A stretch of 64,000 bases of DNA from Eledone cirrhosa. Lineage: Eukaryota. The position numbers and the translations under genes are program-made. This document shows positions 40,415 to 53,007 of the stretch, in pieces (position 1 is the first letter of the stretch; every line of letters begins with the position of its first letter). The stretch lies in contig OZ024764.1 of assembly GCA_964016885.1 (NCBI GenBank), forward strand, positions 24,304,001 to 24,368,000, in the 5' to 3' direction. The notes under the pieces are model-generated. The model ran no database searches, was not told the origin of the DNA, and worked only from the letters and a program-made list of their open reading frames with translations.

Positions 40415-41510
40415 CATCATCGTTTAACGTCCATCTTCCACGCTAGCATGGGTCTGGACAGGAATTGTCCAACTTGAGGCAAGATTGGTTGTCTTGCTCG
40501 TACAGGACTGTCTGGCGGGTTTTCTACGGCTGGATGCCCTTCCTAACACCAGCCACGTTTACAGTGTGGACTGGGAGGTTTTTACCGTGTTACCTACACA
40601 GCCACATTACAGCGTGGACTGTGTGTTTTTTTTGTTGTGACACCTACACGACCTCATTTATTTAGGACTGATGTTGTGGTACCAACATAGATTTACATCG
40701 AAAGGGGTGGTGTAGATGGCGGTGGGGGTAGGGGTAGTGGGACGGGGGTGTATTTTGGTTAACAAGTGCCTACTGACTGTAGGTTTCGCTTTGTACTTAG
40801 CCAAGGCGGGTCTTCTGTATTACTGCGTAGTGCCAAAGATCTCGGTCCAGTGACATTGTCTTGGAGAGGTGTAAGTGTGTGAGGTCGGAATTTATCAAGT
40901 CGTCCCAGGTTTTTCTGGGTCTGCCTACTCCGTAACTACCATCTATTTTGTTCACCCTGCACTTTTTTATACAGCTGTCATCTCTCATGCGCATCACGTG
41001 ACCGTACCAACGTAGTCTTCTCTCGAGTAAACAGCATCTGATCCCTCTTATTCCTAATTTCTCACTTAGTTCATTTATGCTTTGCCGTTCGCGTATATTA
41101 CTATTACACATCCAATGGAGCATGCAAGCTTCGTTCCTCTCCAGTCTGTGTATATCCTCTGCACACAATGCCCAGGTCTCACTGCCATGCAACATTGCTG
41201 TTCGTATGCAGGCATCATACAGCCTGCCTTTCATTTTTAGGGAGAACCCTTTAACGGCCAATAGTGGTATAAGCTCTCTGAACCTTTTTCCATCCCGTTC
41301 TGACACTAGCTACTGTACTTTCAGAGCACCCTCCACCACTGCTGATTTTGTCCCCCAGGTAACGGAAGGTGTCCACTATTTCTATAGAACCATCTGTGCA
41401 ATGGAATAAGCTAGTATTCAATGGCCACTTGCTGCTACTTATTGCACCTGAGCACCAGCCACATATAAAATCTATATTCTTAGTTAGCAGACCTACATCT
41501 TTTATGCACC
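40415..41510 (-). mobile_element. 5'-truncated RTE LINE, tail B
   Basis: FRYLGDKISSGGG, MLHGSETW, RLRWYGHVMRM, GRPRKTW. Confidence 0.92.
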
Positions 41511-41763
41511 CAAACTTCGCATTTGGGACATAAATTAAATATCTCTTATACATATATAAATTAAATATCTCTTATACACATATATATATATATATAAATA
41601 TATATATATCATAGACAAGAGGACAACTGACCATCTAGCATCTTCTACCTCAGTCGGTCGCCCTCAAGACTGAGGTAGAAGCTGCTAAATAGTCGGTTGT
41701 CCTCTTGTCTATGATTTTCAGCCCCATGGATTTTATCTGTTATATTCCTTTGTTATATTTCGA

Positions 41764-41821
41764 ATACCTGATGATATCACTGGATTCATACTGAACCCGG
41801 TCATTGAAATGATCATAGTAT
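41764..41821 (+). ncRNA. Minimal hammerhead motif with palindromic stem III
   Basis: AUAC-CUGAUGA-stem II-GAAA-UGAUCA-UA^GUAU, preceded by the hairpin 41609-41715. Confidence 0.7.
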
Positions 41822-42035
41822 AATAAACCTTTCAAGGATTTACATCAGTTCAGCCTCCTGTTATTTTATAATAATTAACTCCGTACTCGCACCACCAACT
41901 ACACAAACGAAGACGGGTGAACTGCACTACGTTGAGTACTCTCCACAATATTACATCGAGGTTGACCATACGGAATGACCAGCTCTATCCAGTTGTGAAC
42001 CAACAAACCTAAATAAATATATATATATATATATA

Positions 42036-42466
42036 TACAATATATTAATAAATGGAAACTATATTTATAAAACCATATTTATTTTATTATACATATTTCA
42101 AGGGCACCCAAGGCAAATTATGGTGCGCTTTCATCAGATAAAATACAGATTTGTTTTATAAATAAATATTGACACCCGGAAAAAAAGACAACCTTAACGG
42201 TTGGAGCTTCAACCGTTAAGGTTGTCTTTTTTTCCGGGTGTCAATATTTATTTATAAAACAAATCTGTATTTTATCTGATGAAAGCGCACCATAATTTGC
42301 CTTGGGTGCCCTTGAAATATGTATAATAAAATAAATATGGTTTTATAAATATAGTTTCCATTTATTAATATATTGTGTATTTACTCCACTATATTGTTGG
42401 GTGCTTTATATCAGTTATAAAACGTTTAAGCTTGTTGAATCCCAACAAATTAAATATAACCTCTCT
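42036..42466. mobile_element. Fold-back element with about 170-bp perfect arms and mirror hammerheads
   Basis: Centre aaccttaacggttg-gagctt-caaccgttaaggtt at about 42207. Hammerheads at 42081-42144 (-) and 42269-42332 (+). Only the right arm carries the 3' tail. Confidence 0.85.
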
Positions 42467-42839
42467 ATATATAAATATATATATATAGCCAAGGATAACT
42501 TGAACCGTTAAGGTATATCATCCTTGGTTTTGTCAAAATTTATAAAACACACTTTGTATTTTATCTGATGATAGCGTACCAAAGTTTTGATACCCTTGAA
42601 ATAGAATAAATATGGTTTTAAAAATAGTTTCGATTTATTTTAATATCATTGTATAAATATATATATACCTTTCATTTATATATATTATATATATACACAC
42701 ATTATAGATATCATAGAAAATATATATTATCTTTGATATATGTTTAAAATAAAACCTTTAAATACAAAATTTCTTAAATGTCCAAAAAAAAAAAATGAAA
42801 AAATTCAAGGGAGACAACTACCAAAACTCTATTTCTTTG

Positions 42840-43200
42840 TCATTCACTGCGATCCTGTACTTCCGGTCACCGCCCACTAAACAACTTAGTTCCACCTGTA
42901 ATTAATATCACAACACCACCAATTCACACCTCCACTTTATAGATTTAATATTTTCAAGGTATTTCAACTTTATTCCAGTCATTTTTACTTCAGTTTATTT
43001 TGTTTTCTTCTTAAAATATTTCTATTTTTTTCTTTAATCTTTCGTCGTCTTCTTCTTTCCAGATGAAATATTTTCAGTCAACCTAATTATTGTTATTTTC
43101 TATAAAACACTAAATATTCAACTGATTTATAAGTAATTATCATCCTCAACGATCTCTCTTACACAGTGTATCTTCCTTTATACCAGAGAAAATAAGTATA
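42840..43200 (+). promoter_or_regulatory. Candidate promoter / non-coding first exon of the zinc-finger gene
   Basis: Unique sequence with an ETS-type acttccggt site at 42859-42867, followed by a pyrimidine-rich tract and GT donor candidates. The ZNF exon needs an upstream exon (acceptor at 49601-49602). Confidence 0.35.
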
Positions 43201-43664
43201 TTTATCCCAGTCACATCACTAACACCATCTCTCTCTCGCTGGACTGGGTTGGGTTGTGTTGTGTTCCTGAGCAAAACACTTCATGTTGCTCCAGTATAGT
43301 CTACTGGGAATGACTACCAGCAATAGCTGGGAGTTTAACCCTGCGATCGTCTGGTGTCCTGTCCAGGGGGAAGTAGTGTCAGTCGCTTAACACCAAGGAA
43401 ACCAGGATAACCACCGACCTGGTCAGCCCCCGGGCTTGAGACATACTTTAACCTGCGATAGATAACAAATGTATATTTATCCCAGTCACATCACCAACAC
43501 CACCTCTCTCTCACACTTTCAGTCTTTCTCTACTAAATTTACAGAATCTACATCTTTATAACGTAGAGAAACCTGTAGTTTAAGATATGTTATACAATCA
43601 GAAGGTCTAATCGTAGTTTATCATTATATATATATATATATATATATATATAATCATTATTATC

Positions 43665-44010
43665 ATCCAGTTTTTCACTATGTAAGACACAATCCTTAGT
43701 AGGGGTACGTCCTGCCTGATAGCGCTCCTTAGTGTCCCACGCCATGTGTTTCTGTCTACTGGTCTCACTTGGGCCAGGCCGAGCCTAGCTTGATCCTGAC
43801 GGACATCTTCCATCCAAGTCCTGTTTGGTCTTCCTGGATCGACATTTATCACTTTGCTGATCCAGCCCTCACTGCGCACAACATGGCCATACCAGTGCAT
43901 GTGTCTCCTGTGAAACACATCCTTGAGGTTGTCGATCAGCATTTTTTTTAGGAGCTCAGTTGACCTGACATCATCCTCAGTGGTCACACTACATATCCAA
44001 TGGATCATAG
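43665..44010 (-). mobile_element. LINE RT C-terminal fragment
   Basis: MIHWIC..HWYGHVVRS..PGRPNRTW. Confidence 0.8.
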
Positions 44011-44152
44011 TTACCTAAACCGTCCTTAACAAAATATTTAGATGTCCATAACTTAATAATCTGCTTTAAACTCCTGATGAACCAAGTATTGTAATGTTGA
44101 TAGAGCTTCTCTCATCTTATCACAGAAAATAGTGAAGTGACATATTATATAT

Positions 44153-45745
44153 GTCATCATCATCAGTTTACGTCCACTTTTCCCTTGCAAGGTTGAGACG
44201 GGTTCTATTCAGCACAGCATCTCTCCATTCGTCACGGCCCTTCGTCATCTCCTCTGTGAGCTTCAGTGATCTGAGGTCTGCTTTCACCACCTCTGCCCAT
44301 ATTTTTCGTGGTCTACCTCTACTGTGTCTTCCTTCTACTGGGATTTCTTGGCACTTCTTTACCCAGCAGTCATCCTCCATGTGCATCACATGTCCATACC
44401 TTTGCAGTCTTCTCTCCCACACACCACAACTTATCCCTCTTATACACAGTTTCTCTCTCAACACATCACATCTCCATACCATCGCAGTCTTCTCTCCCAC
44501 ACACCACAGTTTATCCCTCTTATACACAGTTTCTCTCTCAACACATCACATGTCCATACCATCTCAGCCTTCTCTCCCACACACCACAGTTTATCCCTCT
44601 TATACACAGTTTCTCTCTCAACACATCACATGTCCATACCATCGCAGTCTTCTCTCCCACACAACACAGTTTATCCCTCTTATACTCAGTTTCTCTCTCA
44701 ACACATCACATGTCCATACCATCGCAGTCTTCTCTCCCACACACTACAGTTTATCCCTCTTATACACAGTTTCTTTCTCAACACATCACATGTCCATACC
44801 ACCTCAGTCTTCTCTCCCACACACCACAACTTATCCCTCTTATACTCAGTTTCTCTCTCAACACATCACATGTCCATACCATCACAGTCTTCTCTCCCAC
44901 ACACCACAGTTTATCCCTCTTATACACAGTTTCTCTCTCAACTCATCACATGTCCATACCATCTCAGTCTTCTCTCCCACACACCACAGTTTATCCCTCT
45001 TATACTCAGTTTCTCTCTCAACACATCACATGTCCATACCACCTCAGTCTTCTCTCCCACACACTACAACTTATCCCTCTTATACACAGTTTCTCTCTCA
45101 ACTCATCACATGTCCATACCATCTCAGTCTTCTCTCCCACACACTACAGTTTATCCCTCTTATACACAGTTTCTCTCTCAACACATCACATGTCCATACC
45201 ATCGCAGTCTTCTCTCCCACACACTACAACTTATCCCTCTTATACACAGTTTCTCTCTCAACACATCACGTGTCCATACCATCTCAGTCTTCTCTCCCAC
45301 ACACTACAACTTATCCCTCTTATACACAGTTTCTCTCTCAACTCATCACATGTCCATACCATCACAGTCTTCTCTCCCACACACTACAACTTATCCCTCT
45401 TATACACAGTTTATTTCTCAACACATCACATGTCCATACCATCTCAGTCTTCTCTCCCACACACTAAAGTTTATCCCTCTTATACACAGTTTCTCTCTCA
45501 ACTCATCACATGTCCATACCATCTCAGTCTTCTCTCCCACACACCACAGCCTATCCCTCTTATACACAGTTTCTCTCTCAACTCATCTATGCTTGGTCGT
45601 TCACACACATTGACATTGCACATCCAACGGAGCATGCTTGCTTCATACTCTCTGCAGTTGCTGCCCATGTCTCACTACCAGGCAGCATCACACATCTCAC
45701 ACAGCCATCATATAACCAGCCTTTCGTTCATAGGGAGAAACCCTA
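44153..45745 (-). mobile_element. RTE LINE 3' fragment containing an internal 80-bp array (about 15 copies, 44387-45585)
   Basis: LINE sequence (GSETWAATAE..MLRWMC) precedes the array and MEDDCWVKKC..GRPRK plus tail follows it. Confidence 0.92.
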
Positions 45746-45778
45746 TATAAATAAATAAATATATATATTATAAGTACG

Positions 45779-45885
45779 GGGTCTTCTGAAACTGAGTTTC
45801 AGAAGATCCCATTAAGGGTGAAAGCAGTGATTCTTTGCTTAAACTTTAATCTGTTCTTATAATAAATATTTACTCTACTGGTTTT
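45779..45885 (+). mobile_element. Hairpin-capped copy of the 4437-5420 element with variant hammerhead at 45795-45845
   Basis: gggtcttctgaaact-g-agtttcagaagatccc fold-back, then the same sequence as 5294-5385. Confidence 0.65.
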
Positions 45886-45896
45886 TATATATATGT

Positions 45897-46202
45897 GTTG
45901 TGACCTCTGGCGTCACACAGTAATACAGAGTACCTGACCTCCCATGGGTACAAGCTGAAGCATATAGACAATATACCCCCACACCTCCCACTGCAAGGTG
46001 GTCGTGGAGGTGCCACGGCAAAAAAGCACCCAGCCCACACTGTAAAGTGGACGTGGAGGCGCCACGAAAAAGTACCCAGCACTCACTGTAAATGAGGTTG
46101 GTGTTAGGAAGGGCATCCAGCTGTAGAAATCAAGCCAGAATCAGTTCCCGTCCCACCCTTGCAAGCAGGGTATAGCGGACGTAAAATGATGATGATGATG
46201 AT
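45897..46202 (+). mobile_element. RTE LINE 3' end, tail A
   Basis: Homologous to 39360-39618 and 57470-57720. Confidence 0.85.
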
Positions 46203-46344
46203 ATATAGTAAGGGCAATGCCCCAGCATAGTTTCAGCTGGATGACTGGAACAGGTAAAAGAGCATATATAAACACATATACATATAAATATGAGAAAACT
46301 CATCGCTAGAAGAGCTGTTAAAACAGCTAAGGGTAAAAATGCCT

Positions 46345-47818
46345 CAGACAGTGACCAGTGGTCAACAGAGAAACAGTCCACAAGGTGGGTGACAGGCAGA
46401 TGAGGTATAATGTCTCAGAGGACAGAGACCAGTGACCAGTGGTCAACAGAGAGACAGTCCACAAGGTGGGTGACAGGTAGATGATATATAATGTCTCAGA
46501 GGACAGAGACCAGTGGTCAACAGAGAGACAGTCCACAAGGTGGGTGACAGGTAGATGATATATTTCTCAGAGGACAGAGACCAGTGGTCAACAGAGACAG
46601 TCCACAAGGTGAGTGACAGGTAGATGATATATAATGTCTGACAGAGACCAGTGGTCAACAGAGAGACAGTCTGCAAGGTGGGTGACAGGTAGATGATATA
46701 TAATGTCTCAGAGGACAGTGACCAGTGGTCAACAGAGAGACAATCCACAAGGTGGGTGACAGGTAGATGATATATTTCTCAGAGGACAGAGACCAGTGGT
46801 CAACAGAGACAGTCCACAAGGTGGGTGACAGGTAGATGATATATAATGTCTGACAGAGACCAGTGGTCAACAGAGAGACAGTCTGCAAGGTGGGTGACAG
46901 GTAGATGATATATAATGTCTGAGACCAGTGGTCAACAGAGAGACAGTCCACAAAGTGGGTGACAGGTAGATGATATATAATGTCTCAGAGACCAGTGACC
47001 AGTGGTCAACAGAGAGACAATACACAAGGTGGGTGACTGGTAGATGATATATAATGTCTCAGAGACCAGTGACCAGTGGTCAACAGAGAGACAATACACA
47101 AGGTGGGTGACTGGTAGATGATATATAATGTCTCAGAGGTCAGTGACCAGTGGTCAAGAGAGACAGTCCACAAGGTGGGTGACAGGTAGATGATATATAA
47201 TGTCTCAGACAGAGACCAGTGGTCAACAGAGAGACAGTCCACAAGGTGGGTGACAGGTAGATGATATATAATGTCTCAGAGACCAGTGGTCAACAGAGAG
47301 ACAGTCCACAAAGTGGGTGACAGGTAGATGATATATAATGTCTCAGTGACCAGTGGTCAACAGAGAGACAGTCCACAAAGTGGGTGACAGGTAGATGATA
47401 TATAATGTCTCATACAGGGACCAGTGGTCAACAGAGAGACAGTCCACAAAGTGGGTGACAGGTAGATGATATATAATGTCTCAGAGGACAGAGACCAGTG
47501 GTCAACAGAGAGACAGTCCACAAGGTGGGTGACAGGCAGATGATATATAATGTCTCAGACAGAGACCAGTGGTCAACAGAGACTGTCCACAAGGTGGGTG
47601 ACAGGTAGATGATATATAATGTCTGACAGAGACCAGTGGTCAACAGAGAGACAGTCCACAAGGTGGGTGACAGGCAGATGATATATAATGTCTCAGACAG
47701 AGACCAGTGGTCAACAGAGACTGTCCACAAGGTGGGTGACAGGTAGATGATATATAATGTCTGACAGAGACCAGTGGTCAACAGAGGGACAGTCTGCAAG
47801 GTGGGTGACAGGTAGATG
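46345..47818. repeat. Variable-length (about 64-80 bp) minisatellite, about 20 copies
   Basis: Core accagtggtcaacagagagacagtccacaaggtgggtgacaggtagatgatatataatgtctcag. Confidence 0.95.
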
Positions 47819-48203
47819 AAATATAGAAAAGATAGAAAGAAGAGGAGGACAAGGAGAGGTGTGTTGGTACACAGAAGTGAGTGGAAGATGGAAATAAAGA
47901 AAGGTGATGTACAACACAACTTTACACATCTTCTCATCAGCTCCCAAGCCACCAAATGGTTTTGCATGGTTTAATTGAGAGTACCATTTTAAAATTCTGG
48001 ATCGTGCAATCGTGCTAGCATGGGTTAGACAGGCTTGTCCCACTTAAGGCAAGTTGGGACGGGTGACCATGTCTGGCTGGTTTCCTATGGCTGTGACCTT
48101 CATGACCTGGTCGATTAATTTAATGCCTCTATAGTTACCCCTATCTAGGGCATCTCCTTTACCCTTGTAGCAGTTAATGATGATGCTGCTACACCAGTCC
48201 TTC

Positions 48204-48259
<56 letters not shown>

Positions 48260-48732
48260 GTCCACACTGTAAACGTGGTTGGTGTTAGGAAGGGCATCCA
48301 GCTGTAGAAAACCCGCCAGACAGTCCTATACGAGCAAGACAACCAATCTTGCCTCAAATGGGAAAATCCCCGTCCAAACCCATGCAAGCGTAGAAGATGG
48401 ACGCTAAACGATGATGATGATGGTGATGATATATATATACATATAATGACAATGATATATATATATATATATATTTGTGAGCATATACATATATATACAC
48501 ACATCTATATATATATATATGGGATAACAAATTATCGCTATAGGTAATCCTGTTAGAGGTTGTGAATACTCTGTATTGTGGTTAGTCTACGGCGTTGTTT
48601 GACTCAACAAGAGGTTTCCGTAGGTGGCAAGTATTTGAGTTCTTGGGAATTCCTATGTAAGTTTATCTTGGAGTAATAATAGTGAAAGAGTGAAGAATAA
48701 CATGGTCAACAGTACAAAAAGGGTTTTATTTA

Positions 48733-48842
48733 CAGTATTAACAATTGTTTCATTGATTATGTTGTCTAAAAATTGCTAATCACTTGAAGTTGTGTCAACC
48801 ATTTTAAATACAATGTATGCTTAACCAAATCATCAGAAACTG
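48733..48842 (-). ncRNA. Hammerhead-like motif with long stem II and palindromic CAAUUG stem III
   Basis: CAGUUU-CUGAUGA-(about 78 nt)-GAAA-CAAUUG-UU^AAUACUG. Confidence 0.5.
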
Positions 48843-48889
48843 ATTAAAATTATACACAGCGTTTGTAATATACTAGGAGAATTAAAATT

Positions 48890-49547
48890 ACACATTTTTC
48901 AAATGTAGGTGGGTGCTATAGAAATGGTGGATAGCTTCCGGTACCTAGGAGATCAGATTAGCATGGGAGGGGGGTGTTCCAAGGCCATAATATCTAGAAT
49001 AAGGACAGGTTGGAAGAAGTTTAGGGAGCTGCTTCCTCTGTTGACAAAGAACGGTTTCTTCCTGCGTATGAAAGGCCGGTTGTATGATGCCTGTGTGAGG
49101 AGCGCAATGCTGCATGGTAGTGAGACATGGGCAGCAACTGCAGAGGATATGCGACGGCTGGAGAGAAGTGGGGCAAGCATGCTCCGTTGGATGTGCAGTG
49201 TCAATGTGAGTGAACCACCAAACATAGATGTGTTGAGAGAGAAACTGTGTCTGAGAGGGATAGAATGTAGTGTGCGAGAGAGGAGACTGAGGTGGTATGG
49301 ACATGTGATGCGCATGGAGGATGACCGATGGGTGAAGAAGTGCCAGGAAATGCCAGTTGAAGGAAGACGTGGTAGAGGTAGACCACGAAAAACATGGGTG
49401 GAGGTGGTGAGAACAGACCTCAGATCGCTGAAGCTCACGGTGCAGATGACGAAGGACCGTGACAAGTGGAGAGATTCTGTGCTGAATAAGACCCGTCCCA
49501 CCCTTGCAAGCAGGGGAAAGCGGACGTAAAATGATGATGATGATGAT
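48890..49547 (+). mobile_element. 5'-truncated RTE LINE, tail A, reading frame intact
   Basis: 206-aa ORF FRYLGDQIS..MLHGSETW..RLRWYGHVMRM..GRPRKTW. Confidence 0.93.
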
Positions 49548-49961
49548 ATATATACATACACACACCTTCACACAGTAAAGTAATGTTTCTCTATTATTTC
49601 AGAATTCAGATGACATTGGCATTAAAGAATATTTTCACCTTGGATAGATCATCAATATTTATCATCTTTTAAAGACTAAAAGAAGTTGTTATACAGAACA
49701 GATATAACCCTGTATATATAAATCTGGGGTAGAATTACTGAAATATCTCCTCTGACTGAGTTTATTGTCAATATTTCTCTACTTCACTGTCTGGAATATG
49801 TACAAGATGATTTTGTATTTTAACTAAACTTGGATTAGAAAGAAATTTGCATCATCTTCAGATATCAACAAAGATCACAGTTGATGGAAATATTTTCTAG
49901 GAATAAAATATAAAAACTAAAACAAGAGAAACATCTGTATACTTTATCAAGAGAAGAAACA

Positions 49962-51248
49962 ATGGAAAATAAAGTTTGTGAGAAGAAGATAAAATGTGAA
50001 ACAGAGTCTAAAGAGACCGATGTTCCAGATGAGAAGCTAAAAGATATAAGCAAGGCATTGTACAGTTGTGACATCTGTAGTAAGTCGTTCACTCGGAGAG
50101 GTAGCCTTATTTCTCACAAACGTATTCATACAGGAGAGAAACCATATCACTGCAATACCTGTGGTAAATCATTCTCTCATGAAAATGTTCTAATTACTCA
50201 CATACGTACACATACAGGAGAGAAACCATATCACTGTGATACCTGTGGTAAATCATTCACTCAAAGGAGTCACTTAACTATACACAACCGTATTCACACA
50301 GGAGAAAAGCCATATCATTGTGATATCTGTGGTAAATCAGTCTCTCGAAATGGTGATTTAGCTACGCACAAACGTATTCATACAGGAGAGAAACCATATC
50401 ACTGTGATATCTGTGGTAAATCATTCTCTCAAAATGATTCTTTAACTAAACACACACGTATTCATACGGGAGAGAAGCCATATCACTGTGATATCTGTGG
50501 TAAATCATTCTCTCAAAATGGGAAATTAACTAGTCATAAACGTATTCATACAGGACAGAAACCATATTACTGTGATTTCTGTGGTAAATCATTCGCTTTA
50601 AAACATACTTTAACTCTTCACCAACGTATTCATACTGGAGAAAAACCATATCACTGTGATATCTGTGGTAAATCATTCTCTCATGGAGGTGCAGTAACTA
50701 AACATAAAACTATTCATACAGGAGAGAAGCCATATCACTGTGACATATGTGGTAAATCATACTCTGAAGGGAGTTCATTAAATAAGCACAAACGTATTCA
50801 TACTGGAGAGAAACCATATCACTGTGATATCTGTGGTAAATCATTCTCTAGATGTATTGAATTAACTATACACAAACGTACTCATACAGGAGAAAAACCA
50901 TATCACTGTGATATCTGTGGTAAATCATTCACTATAAGTAGTCACTTAAATACACACAAACGTAGTCATACAGGAGAGAAGCCATATCACTGTGATATCT
51001 GTGATAAATCATTCTCTCAAAATAGTGACTTAACTAAACACAAACGTATTCATACAGGAGAGAAACCATATCACTGTGATATCTGTGGTAAATCATTTTC
51101 TCAAAATTATAACTTATCTATACACAAACGTATTCATACAGAAGGTAAACCATATCACTGTGAAATCTGTGGTAAATCATTCTCCCAAAATAGCTACTTA
51201 AGTAAACACAAACGTATTCATACAGGAAAGAAGGCATATCACCAGTAA
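49962..51248 (+). CDS. C2H2 zinc-finger protein, 14 tandem fingers, no recognisable effector domain
   Basis: Intact 428-aa ORF with 14 copies of CxxC-x12-HxxxH and TGEKPY linkers. Splice acceptor tattatttcag at 49602; AATAAA at 51280. Confidence 0.95.
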   Translation: MENKVCEKKIKCETESKETDVPDEKLKDISKALYSCDICSKSFTRRGSLISHKRIHTGEKPYHCNTCGKSFSHENVLITHIRTHTGEKPYHCDTCGKSFTQRSHLTIHNRIHTGEKPYHCDICGKSVSRNGDLATHKRIHTGEKPYHCDICGKSFSQNDSLTKHTRIHTGEKPYHCDICGKSFSQNGKLTSHKRIHTGQKPYYCDFCGKSFALKHTLTLHQRIHTGEKPYHCDICGKSFSHGGAVTKHKTIHTGEKPYHCDICGKSYSEGSSLNKHKRIHTGEKPYHCDICGKSFSRCIELTIHKRTHTGEKPYHCDICGKSFTISSHLNTHKRSHTGEKPYHCDICDKSFSQNSDLTKHKRIHTGEKPYHCDICGKSFSQNYNLSIHKRIHTEGKPYHCEICGKSFSQNSYLSKHKRIHTGKKAYHQ

Positions 51249-51671
51249 TTTGTTCTAAATCATTTATTTTTCAAATAATAATAAACTCTACATATATTTT
51301 TGTATCCATAAAAATAACTGAACCCAGCCCACACTGTAAAGTGATAGTTTTGGTGTCACAAAGAAAAGTGCCTAGTACACACTGTAAATGTGGTTGGCTT
51401 TAGGAAGGGCATCCAGCACAAGCCCCTTACACGGTTGACTATATCACTGTCATGTCACCAGCACAACCACCTTACAGGGTCAACTGTTTGTAAATATTCT
51501 TAATAAACTCAGAGGTAAATAAACCTGATTTACTCTTAAATTGTTTTCCTCTCATTTTCTGTGTAGAACATATATGTATGAATGACAAATATTTAGACTC
51601 TACTGGGGAGACTTGACATGGAGATCCCCATAGTAGAAGTGAGTGAAATGTGTTTCTTCCAAAGGGTCTTT

Positions 51672-53007
51672 GAAGGGAGGTAGGTGTAAAAGACAAACTT
51701 CCTGTCTTCAATTTAGTAATCAGAAGGGAGGTAGGTGTAAAAGACAAACTCCCTGTCTTCAATTCAGTAATCAGAAGGGAGGTAGGTGTAAAAGACAAAC
51801 TCCCTTTCTTCAATTCAGTAATCAGAAGGGAGGTAGGTGTAAAAGACAAACTCACTGTCTTCAACTCAGTAATCAGAAGAAGGGAGGTAGGTGTAAAAGA
51901 CAAACTCGCTGTCTTCATTTCAGTAATCAGAAGGGAGGTAGGTGTAAAAGACAAACTCACTGTCTTCAATTCAGTAATCAGAATGGAGGTAGGTGTAAAA
52001 GACAAACTCACTGTCTTCAACTCAGTAATCAGAAGAAGGGAGGTAGGTGTAAAAGACAAACTTACTGTCTTCAATTAGAAGTAATCAGAAGGGAGGTAGG
52101 AGTAAAAGACAAACTCCCTATCTTCAATTCAGTAATCAGAAGGGAGGTAGGTGTAAAAGACAAACTCCCTATCTTCAATTCAGTAATCAGAAGGGAGGTA
52201 GGTGTAAAAGACAAACTCACTGTCTTCAATTCAGTAATCAGATGAAGGGAGGTAGGTGTAAAAGACAAACTCCCTGTCTTCAATTCAGTAATCAGAAGGG
52301 AGGTAGGTGTAAAAGACAAACTCGCTATCTTCAATTCAGTAATCAGAAGGGAGGTAGGTGTAAAAGACAAACTCCCTGTCTTCAATTCAGTAATCAGAAG
52401 GGAGGTAGGTGTAAAAGACAAACTCCCTGTCTTCAATTCAGTAATCAGAAGGGAGGTAGGTGTAAAAGACAAACTCCCTATCTTCAATTCAGTAATCAGA
52501 AGGGAGGTAGGTGTAAAAGACAAACTCCCTGTCTTCAATTCAGTAATCAGAAGGGAGGTAGGTGTAAAAGACAAACTCCCTGTCTTCAATTCAGTAATCA
52601 GAAGGGAGGTAGGTGTAAAAGACAAACTCCCTATCTTCAATTCAGTAATCAGAAGGGAGGTAGGTGTAAAAGACAAACTCCCTGTCTTCAATTCAGTAAT
52701 CAGAAGCGAGGTAGGTGTAAAAGACAAACTCGCTATCTTCAATTCAGTAATCAGAAGGGAGGTAGGTGTAAAAGACAAACTCCCTGTCTTAAATTCAGTA
52801 ATCAGAAGGGAGGTAGGTGTAAAAGACAAACTCCCTGTCTTAAATTCAGTAATCAGAAGAAGGGAGGTAGGTGTAAAAGACAAACTCCCTATCTTCAATT
52901 CAGTAATCAGAAGGGAGGTAGGTGTAAAAGACAAACTCCCTATCTTCAATTCAGTAATCAGAAGGGAGGTAGGTGTAAAAGACAAACTCCCTGTCTTCAA
53001 TTCAGTA
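51672..53007. repeat. 51-bp tandem array (about 26 copies), LINE-derived
   Basis: Unit gaagggaggtaggtgtaaaagacaaactccctgtcttcaattcagtaatca (SVIRREVGVKDKLPVFN). It continues into LINE sequence VFVPTL..HESWVMT..EMG at 53008-53300. Confidence 0.93.

Noticed and set aside
42559-42610. Hammerhead copy
   Set aside because: Stem III and the cleavage site are deleted; non-functional relic.
44151-45750. 430-480 aa ORFs
   Set aside because: Same 80-bp repeat artefact.
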